DNA from: a virus
Taxonomy: Duplodnaviria; Heunggongvirae; Uroviricota; Caudoviricetes
IMG/VR virus record: IMGVR_UViG_2529293213_000032
Location: 1-4,500 of that record
Reading direction: 5' to 3' (one strand)
Length of the DNA stretch: 4,500 bases
Shown in pieces: positions 1-4,500 of the stretch. Both the position numbers and the translations under genes were made by a program. The notes under the pieces are model-generated. The model ran no database searches, had not been told where the DNA came from, and saw only the letters and a list, made by a program, of their open reading frames with translations. How positions within the stretch are numbered: position 1 is the first letter of the stretch; the number at the start of each line of letters is the position of its first letter.

Positions 1-760
1 GTTTTTCCGGGTCATAGTTTGACGGTACCTGGATGATGCGACCGCGGATATGGTAGTTCACCGTCATCTGCTGACCGCCAAACTGCTCCGCATCCACCTG
101 CAGCCCCACAATCGCCGTGTTCGGGTAGCACTGTTTCACATCGATGATTTCGGTGTATGACGACCAGAGCGTCTTATTCTGCAGCTGGTCCGTGGTGCTG
201 TCCGCCGTCTCCCTGACCATCCGGATGTTAAAGGGGCGGGGAGGCAGATTCTCCAGAATCACCGACGCCAGGTACTGTGAGGTGGTCTTGCCGTTAATGG
301 TGACATCCTTTTCCGTCACCCAGTTACCGTTACGCTGCAACTGAATCAGCAGTCGGACAGAAGAGTGATTACGGTCGCCCTTTGAGGTGGTCTCCAACAG
401 TGACTGCACCCCGAAGGTGACCCGCAGGCGGTCAATGTTCGCGGACGTAATGGTGCGCGTCACCGGTTTTGCCTTCGTCACTTCCACGCCCAGTCCGGTT
501 TCAGCTCCGGAGGACTCAAAGCCTTCCGGTGGTGTCTGCTCCTGCTCCCCGGCACGCCAGACCGCGGTCACACCGTGTATCACGGGATTGCCGTCCGTGT
601 CCGTCAGTGGGGTTTTGTTCACCAGAATACTCTGCAGTCCCTTCACCGGACCTTCTATCGGTCCCTCACCAATCGCATCAATCACACTCATCATCTGCGT
701 GGATTTGAGATTATCCTTCGCCTCACGAGGCGTGTGTGCCTTACCGCCACCTTTTCCCAT
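1..760 (-). CDS. J: Tail tip / host specificity protein gpJ, N-terminal 253 codons (partial; 3' end lies beyond the window start)
   Basis: Manual reverse-complement translation from ATG at 760..758 is open to position 1 and reads MGKGGGKAHTPREAKDNLKSTQMMSVIDAIGEGPIEGPVKGLQSILVNKTPLTDTDGN...NIRMVRETADSTTDQLQNKTLWSSYTEIIDVKQCYPNTAIVGLQVDAEQFGGQQMTVNYHIRGRIIQVPSNYDPEK. This closely matches the lambda gpJ N-terminus as I remember it (MGKGSSKGHTPREAKDNLKSTQLLSVIDAISEGPIEGPV...). RBS GGGGAAGG lies 4 nt upstream (766-773 region). Absent from the supplied ORF track, presumably because there is no in-window stop. Confidence 0.9.
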   Translation of the reverse strand, partial: MGKGGGKAHTPREAKDNLKSTQMMSVIDAIGEGPIEGPVKGLQSILVNKTPLTDTDGNPVIHGVTAVWRAGEQEQTPPEGFESSGAETGLGVEVTKAKPVTRTITSANIDRLRVTFGVQSLLETTSKGDRNHSSVRLLIQLQRNGNWVTEKDVTINGKTTSQYLASVILENLPPRPFNIRMVRETADSTTDQLQNKTLWSSYTEIIDVKQCYPNTAIVGLQVDAEQFGGQQMTVNYHIRGRIIQVPSNYDPEK

Positions 761-866
761 ACAGCCTTCCCCTGAATAAATTAACCGCCACTTGCCATTC
801 CGTACAGAAGTCGGATATCCTTCGCCCGAAAAGCATGAAACACATTTCTGCCATGCTAAAGAGAAA

Positions 867-898
867 CCCCGGTATCAGCAGATACCGGGGTTTTCTTT
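867..898. terminator. Rho-independent terminator hairpin, plausibly bidirectional
   Basis: Perfect 10-bp stem CCCCGGTATC (867-876) / GATACCGGGG (881-890) with 4-nt loop AGCA, followed on the plus strand by TTTTCTTT (891-898). It is preceded by AAAGAGAAA (858-866), which gives TTTCTCTTT after the stem on the minus strand. Confidence 0.6.
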
Positions 899-965
899 CA
901 TGCCCACCGATAATCCTGTTGGTTAAAACCGGTAATGGCATAAAAATTCTGAATATCTTCACATT

Positions 966-993
966 TTCACACACTGACTGTGGCGCTTATAAT
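966..993 (+). promoter_or_regulatory. Sigma70-like promoter: -35 TTCACA (966-971), 16-nt spacer, -10 TATAAT (988-993); AT-rich upstream region 930-960
   Basis: Read directly: consensus -10 hexamer, 5/6 match to the TTGACA -35, acceptable spacer, A/T-rich UP-like tract upstream. Oriented opposite to the tail genes. Predicted transcription start near 1000. Confidence 0.45.
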
Positions 994-999
994 TTCGCT

Positions 1000-1098
1000 G
1001 CGTTAGTGTTTTTTTGCCCGAGTAACAAAAACAACTCCTTAACATTGATCTTCATTTGTCTGTCCCCGCAGCTCCGCGATCACTGCGGGATTTTTTTA
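1000..1098 (+). ncRNA. Candidate small non-coding RNA (~100 nt) between the promoter at 966-993 and the terminator at 1065-1098; antisense orientation relative to the tail operon
   Basis: Inference from a promoter plus intrinsic terminator pair with no plausible ORF between them (no ATG on the plus strand in 1000-1096). The predicted transcript contains a CUCCUU anti-Shine-Dalgarno-like motif (about 1036-1041) and ends in a GC stem plus U-run. No homology claim is made. Confidence 0.25.
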
Positions 1099-1099
1099 T
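1065..1099 (+). terminator. Rho-independent terminator (plus-strand orientation)
   Basis: 7-bp GC-rich stem CCCGCAG (1065-1071) / CTGCGGG (1083-1089), 11-nt loop, then ATTTTTTTAT (1090-1099). On the minus strand there is no T-run after the stem, so it is unidirectional for plus-strand transcripts. It sits 4 nt outside the I stop codon. Confidence 0.6.
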
Positions 1100-1102
1100 G
1101 TT

Positions 1103-1783
1103 TTATCCCTGTCGCCCGACAACCACGACCGTTCCGCCCCCGCCTTCATCACGGGTGCTGATGTCCTGGGATATACGGCGGGAGCCAACCAGCATTTCCC
1201 CGTAAGGCACCGGCATCGGGTTCCCCTGGGCAATCATGTTATCCAGCGAGGAAAAGTACGTGTTCTGTCTGCCGTTATCCGTTGCGCGGTAATCCGGTGT
1301 TTTTGCCTTCGGGGCCAGCATCTGGGCCACACCGCCCAGAATCATGCTGGCTCCAAGTGAAAACAGCATCGTGGTGGCAGAAAAACCACCGGCTGCCAGG
1401 GCTGAACCCCATAACGCCATTGATGCCCCGGCAGTGAAGAAAGAGCCCACGATGGCTGCCGCCCCCAGCACAATCTGCAGTCCACCCTTTCCGGCCCCGG
1501 CCAGTCGCGGCACAATATGGATGACCGTTCCCTCACCCAGCTGTTCGTGAAGACGGGCGTACACCGCCTCCGGTGCCGTGTCATAACCGGCAATACGTAT
1601 CTGGTACCAGCCTTCGTTCATCTGACGGCGAAAGCCCGGCACCTGTAACGACAGCGCCCGGATGGCTTCCGCTGCCGTGTTCACATACAGGCTGAGGCGG
1701 CGGCCAAATCGTTGTAAATCCCCGTGAAGGCAGATACGTGCCAGTGGCGGTGACGCCAGGCTGAATGCGTTCGTCGTTGCCAT
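1103..1783 (-). CDS. I: Tail tip assembly protein gpI homologue (226 aa)
   Basis: ORF-track protein MATTNAFSLASPPLARICLHGDLQRFGRRLSLYVNTAAEAIRAL... matches the lambda gpI N-terminus as remembered (ubiquitin-like domain, ...ARICLYGDLQRFGRR...). It has the central Gly/Ala-rich hydrophobic segment and the C-terminal NTYFSSLDNMIAQGN...YGEMLVGSR motif. Putative RBS GGAGAGG is upstream of ATG 1783. The 5' end overlaps the K 3' end by ~103 nt in another frame, as K and I overlap in lambda. Confidence 0.9.
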   Translation of the reverse strand: MATTNAFSLASPPLARICLHGDLQRFGRRLSLYVNTAAEAIRALSLQVPGFRRQMNEGWYQIRIAGYDTAPEAVYARLHEQLGEGTVIHIVPRLAGAGKGGLQIVLGAAAIVGSFFTAGASMALWGSALAAGGFSATTMLFSLGASMILGGVAQMLAPKAKTPDYRATDNGRQNTYFSSLDNMIAQGNPMPVPYGEMLVGSRRISQDISTRDEGGGGTVVVVGRQG

Positions 1784-2425
1784 TTTTCGGAATACCTCTC
1801 CCGTTTACTCAGTTGTTCAGGCAGATGGTGAAGCAGTTCACCGTTGCCGCAGTATATGGCGGCATGATTGGCCACCGATGCGCCAAAGCAGCACAGCAGG
1901 ATATCGCCAGGCTGTGCGGAAGGCAGGGAAATCCTAGTAAAAACCAGTACGCCTCCATATTGTCCAGGTACAGGTTCTGACCGTTGCGCCACCAGTCATC
2001 CTCACGCTCAAAATCCGGCATGTTATTCCCGCCAGATGGTATGCATCCCGGAACAGGGTGTAACAGTCCGTCACCCCGTGCTCAAAACGACGCCCGGTCA
2101 GGTGCGGCACACAGCGGAATTTGTGAATTTCCCCCCGGCAGACCAGCCACCAGGGCAGGGCACTCTTTATCTGCAGCCGCCGGTCCGCCTCGCTCAGCCA
2201 GGGCAGGCCACCGGGGTGGCTGTGGACCAGTGCCACAATCTCCCCCTGCATCTCTGCCCGCAGCCAGTCTTCCGGTGCAATACGAAAATACGCCTCCGGC
2301 TCTGCGGAAATATTCACACAAGGGATATACCACTCCCCCTCCGGCGTGCTTATCACGAAGCCGCACGACTCCGCAGGCGCACACCGCCGGGCATGCGCCA
2401 GAATCGCTGATTCAGTCTGTGTCAT
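1681..2425 (-). pseudogene. K: gpK-like tail tip assembly protein (JAMM/MPN domain plus NlpC/P60 peptidase domain) with the reading frame interrupted twice; either a pseudogene or a sequencing indel artefact
   Basis: Three consecutive minus-strand frames carry contiguous K-like sequence. Frame A 2425..2024: MTQTESAILAHARRCAPAESCGF...HSHPGGLPWLSEAD...GVTDCYTLFRDAYHLAGI (JAMM motif H-x-H-x7-S-x2-D at 2183-2224; NlpC/P60 catalytic Cys codon 2063-2065). Frame B 2021..1950: MPDFEREDDWWRNGQNLYLDNMEA. Frame C 1947..1681: LVFTRISLPSAQPGDILLCCFGASVANHAAIYCGNGELLHH...TGIYNDLAAASACM (NlpC/P60 His motif, His codon 1864-1866). The frame switches need a 1-nt deletion near 2022-2024 and another near 1948-1950. 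The out-of-frame continuations look like non-coding junk (Cys/Trp/Arg-rich). Start ATG 2425 is 10 nt after the L stop. Confidence 0.55.
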
Positions 2426-2435
2426 AAACCGGGAT

Positions 2436-3134
2436 TTACTGCGAAAGTTTATTAATGGAAAGGAAACCGCCAAAATTGCCGACATTCCTGCGCAGTTCAC
2501 ACCCGCGCATGCACTTGCTGCATCTGTCCTTACGGATATCCGGGGTGGGGTTGTCGAACTCATCCGCCACCGCAGGACCGTTATACCCGCATTCATCTCC
2601 CCGGTAATCCCACATACAGGTGTTCGCCAGCATGATGCGACCGGGAAACAGCGCCCCGTCCGTCTCGGTCGGTGTTGCCAGCACAAACGAGGCTGTCATG
2701 GCCGTCAGCTCTGACATCTGCTCCACCACCCAGCGGTCTCTCAGCTCCTGCTCCGGGTCCGCTTCCGGATTGCCCGCCACAAAATTCACCGCATCCAGAA
2801 AACGGGCATACACCCGGCGGCGGACCACCGTGGCACCCACCAGGCTCTGCAAATCCTCCGCCATCCCGGTGACAAGACCGAACAGATTGGACACCGTCAG
2901 CGACGGGCGGGCACTGCTGCCCTTCCCGTTCATCTCAAAGCCACTGCCGTCAATCGGGTATACCTGATATTGCCGCCCCTGCCAGGTGACCGCCTCCCCT
3001 TTTTCATTCAGCTCATTACAGAAAAAATACCGCTCACCGCCCTGCACCGTCAGGTCGATTTCCCAGAGCACCACCCGCGGTGACTGCTCTGACTTAACCG
3101 ACTCGTTCAGGCTTTCTTCATGAATATTCTGCAT
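2436..3134 (-). CDS. L: Tail tip protein gpL homologue (232 aa) with C-terminal four-Cys Fe-S cluster motif
   Basis: Translation from ATG 3134..3132: MQNIHEESLNESVKSEQSPRVVLWEIDLTVQGGERYFFCNE...GNFGGFLSINKLSQ, matching lambda gpL as remembered (MQDIRQETLNECTRAEQSASVVLWEIDLT...). The C-terminal cysteines (DEC...DRC..SKC..RGC) fit the reported gpL iron-sulfur cluster ligands. The ORF-track start at 3161 is 9 codons upstream and lies inside M; the ATG at 3134 shares one nucleotide with the M stop (TGATG), consistent with translational coupling. Confidence 0.9.
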   Translation of the reverse strand: MQNIHEESLNESVKSEQSPRVVLWEIDLTVQGGERYFFCNELNEKGEAVTWQGRQYQVYPIDGSGFEMNGKGSSARPSLTVSNLFGLVTGMAEDLQSLVGATVVRRRVYARFLDAVNFVAGNPEADPEQELRDRWVVEQMSELTAMTASFVLATPTETDGALFPGRIMLANTCMWDYRGDECGYNGPAVADEFDNPTPDIRKDRCSKCMRGCELRRNVGNFGGFLSINKLSQ

Positions 3135-3430
3135 CAGTTCACCACCTGCTCTATCGTGCAACTGAAATCACTGTACCGGGCATTATCCGTGACACTCCAC
3201 TCACGGCACACAACCCTCACCGTCCGGTTATGTTTCGGCGGTCGCCACAAAAAGGCACGGTAACCACCATGCCAGGATAAAAATTCATCCAGCCAGCGCC
3301 GGGTTGACTCATCCGTCACCCGGAACACCGCCTGAAACGTCTTCAGTTGAGGATTCAGCCCTGTGGGCGCGCTGTTCATAACCGTCACCAAACCGCACCT
3401 CACCACCGACGGCTTCTCACTCACCTGCAT
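3134..3430 (-). CDS. M: Minor tail protein gpM homologue (98 aa as called; start uncertain)
   Basis: MQVSEKPSVVRCGLVTVMNSAPTGLNPQLKTFQAVF...FLWRPPKHNRTVRVVCREWSV...FSCTIEQVVN aligns with residues ~12-109 of lambda gpM as remembered (C-terminal EQVVN conserved). In-frame stops TAG (3452-3454) and TGA (3467-3469) upstream preclude a lambda-length N-terminus. An alternative GTG start at 3424 has better spacing to the AAGGG RBS-like sequence. Confidence 0.85.
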   Translation of the reverse strand: MQVSEKPSVVRCGLVTVMNSAPTGLNPQLKTFQAVFRVTDESTRRWLDEFLSWHGGYRAFLWRPPKHNRTVRVVCREWSVTDNARYSDFSCTIEQVVN

Positions 3431-3531
3431 CCCTTCACGCGGGACCAGATGCTAGCGTTTTTTATCTCAGCCACTCAGCATTCCTCCGTCACGTCGCATG
3501 GACAGCATCACCGCCTGCACCCGCTGGTCAA

Positions 3532-4500
3532 TCAGCTGCACAGACTGCCTGCCGCCTCCGGCCCTATCTGTCCGTTAGCCCCGTCATTCTGAATGGCAAT
3601 GTGGTAGACCGGGGAATACACCAGACCAGCACTGCCGTTCATACTGCCCACGGCGCGTACGCCCAGCGAGCCATCCGCCGCCCGGGTCAGGGGCATAATA
3701 GCTTCAGGTCCGGCTTCCCCCATCAGCCCGGCCCCTTTTGCAAACGCAAAGTACGTGGGCGTGTCCACAATGCTGTTGCTGTACGCGCTCAGGTTTGCCG
3801 AGGTATACACGCCGCCTTTTGCATTGGCCACCGCTCCGCCCAGCCAGTCACCAATGCTGCCGAGAAATCCTCCCGCACCGGACATACCGTTTGCCGCCGT
3901 CTTAATTCCGTTGACAATCGCGGCATTCATAAGAACTTTTGATATTTCCTGCAGCACTGATGAGGCCCAGCTGCGCCATTCCACTTTATTTCCGTTCAGC
4001 ATCTCCGTGATGTTATTCACCATCCCTGAGATACCCTCCGTCGCCAGCTGTGCTGCCTGTGAGGCGTAATCGGACGCATTATCCACCCAGTTACTGAATC
4101 CCTCCTGCAGCCCTTTCTGCCAGTCCGCACGCTGCACATCCGATTCGGCATAAAAGACTGCCTGGTCCTTAAGGCGTTCGCTCAGATACTGCGCGTTCTG
4201 TGCCAGCGCCTGTCTGTAAAAATCCTCACTGATATCCCCGGTCTGATACTGAGACTGAAGGTCCGCATCCTTCTGGCGGAAGCTGTCGCGGATCTGCTGC
4301 AACTCCCGCATGCGTTCTCTGGCTCGTTCTCCCTGCCCGTATCCCAGCAGTTCGGCTTCATTTGATGCACGCGCAGCCACATTATCATTCTTCAGGGTCT
4401 CTTCCCGGGATCGCAACTGTTCCCGGATTTTTTGCTGGTCAATCAGGGCCGCGTTACGCAGCAGTTCCTGCTTCTGCATCTCCGTCAGGGTTTTCAGTTC
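3532..4500 (-). CDS. H: Tail tape measure protein gpH, C-terminal ~322 codons (partial; 5' end lies beyond the window end)
   Basis: The frame is open from 4500 (ELKTLTEMQKQELLRNAALIDQQKIREQ...) to the TGA at 3532-3534. The coiled-coil-like charged N-terminal part and the Gly/Ala-rich C-terminal part (GMSGAGGFLGSIGDWLGGAVANAKGGVYTSANLSAYSNSIVDTPTYFAFAKGAGLMGEAGPEAIMPLTRAADGSLGV...) are typical of lambda-like tape measure proteins, and the gene sits immediately upstream of M-L-K-I-J. The 3' end is uncertain (see findings). Confidence 0.85.
   Translation of the reverse strand, partial: ELKTLTEMQKQELLRNAALIDQQKIREQLRSREETLKNDNVAARASNEAELLGYGQGERARERMRELQQIRDSFRQKDADLQSQYQTGDISEDFYRQALAQNAQYLSERLKDQAVFYAESDVQRADWQKGLQEGFSNWVDNASDYASQAAQLATEGISGMVNNITEMLNGNKVEWRSWASSVLQEISKVLMNAAIVNGIKTAANGMSGAGGFLGSIGDWLGGAVANAKGGVYTSANLSAYSNSIVDTPTYFAFAKGAGLMGEAGPEAIMPLTRAADGSLGVRAVGSMNGSAGLVYSPVYHIAIQNDGANGQIGPEAAGSLCS

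Larger units (their letters stand above)
761..1102. other. AT-rich non-coding intergenic insert between I and J (moron-like module)
   Basis: Visibly lower GC than the flanking tail genes; contains the promoter and two terminators listed above. The only ORFs that cross it (736..1161 plus, 741..974 minus) run through terminator hairpins and into flanking genes. Lambda I and J are essentially adjacent. Confidence 0.6.

Noticed and set aside
144-779. Plus-strand ORFs 144..344, 387..779, 469..708 and 575..775 from the ORF track
   Set aside because: They lie antisense to the well-supported J N-terminal coding sequence on the minus strand; their products are low-complexity and Cys/Arg/Ser/Pro-rich, typical of antisense frames of GC-rich genes; no RBS support.
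987-1055. Tiny minus-strand ORF (22 codons, MKINVKELFLLLGQKNTNAAKL) inside the intergenic insert
   Set aside because: No convincing Shine-Dalgarno at proper spacing and no recognisable motif. It lies antisense to the candidate sRNA and is most likely coincidental. Cannot be excluded as a micro-protein without ribosome profiling.
736-1161. Plus-strand 141-aa ORF (736..1161) and minus-strand 77-aa ORF (741..974) spanning the I-J intergenic region
   Set aside because: Both run straight through strong terminator hairpins and into the J or I coding regions on the wrong strand or frame. Composition is AT-rich non-coding-like. More likely chance ORFs.
1342-1593. ORFs 1342..1593 (minus) and 1344..1550 (plus) inside gene I
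   Set aside because: Alternative-frame and antisense ORFs nested in the well-supported I coding sequence; junk-like composition.
1940-2030. Programmed ribosomal frameshifting as the explanation for the K frame changes
   Set aside because: No slippery heptamer of the XXXYYYZ type or downstream structure is evident at either junction; two shifts in the same direction 72 nt apart is not a known arrangement; the known lambda tail frameshift is in G/GT, not K.
1868-2427. Plus-strand ORFs 1868..2410 (180 aa) and 1984..2427 (147 aa), and minus ORF 2082..2384
   Set aside because: Antisense or alternative frames of the K coding region; Pro/Arg/Ala-rich low-complexity translations characteristic of high-GC non-coding frames.
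2346-2967. Plus-strand ORFs 2346..2714, 2620..2967 and 2672..2872
   Set aside because: Antisense to the L and K coding sequences; no independent support.
2436-3161. ORF-track start for L at 3161 (MHDRAGGELMQNI...)
   Set aside because: The upstream 9 codons lie within the M coding region and do not align with the gpL N-terminus; ATG 3134 gives the classic stop/start overlap with M and a lambda-like N-terminus.
3347-4388. Plus-strand ORFs 3347..3592, 3601..3942, 3755..4069 and minus alternative-frame ORF 4182..4388
   Set aside because: Embedded antisense or out of frame within M and H; compositionally implausible (His/Arg/Cys-rich).
1-4500. CRISPR arrays, tRNA/rRNA genes, insertion sequences, integrase or att sites
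   Set aside because: No regularly spaced direct repeats, no cloverleaf-like tRNA candidates, no terminal inverted repeats or transposase-like ORFs were seen; the window is internal to a tail operon.

Overview
This window is the distal part of a lambda-like (lambdoid, Enterobacteriaceae-type) phage or prophage tail gene cluster, all encoded on the minus strand. Reading in the direction of transcription (high to low coordinates) the order is: tape measure protein gpH (3' part, runs off the window), gpM, gpL, gpK, gpI, then the 5' 760 nt of the tail tip/host specificity protein gpJ (runs off the window). Assignments rest on my recognition of the translated ORFs against remembered lambda proteins and motifs; no database search was possible. 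The supplied ORF track omits J entirely, apparently because it has no stop codon in the window. Three things are not explained by a plain lambda-like layout. (1) A ~340-bp AT-rich non-coding insert lies between I and J, where lambda has almost no spacer; it carries a near-consensus sigma70 promoter on the plus strand (antisense to the tail operon), followed ~75 nt later by an intrinsic terminator, giving a candidate ~100-nt small RNA, plus a second bidirectional terminator hairpin. (2) The gpK homologue is split over three reading frames by two apparent 1-nt indels about 72 nt apart, between the catalytic Cys and His of its NlpC/P60 domain. (3) The H stop/M start junction is irregular. Items 2 and 3 could be prophage decay or sequencing indel errors; I cannot tell which from sequence alone. 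No tRNA, rRNA, CRISPR array, transposase or integrase signal was found.
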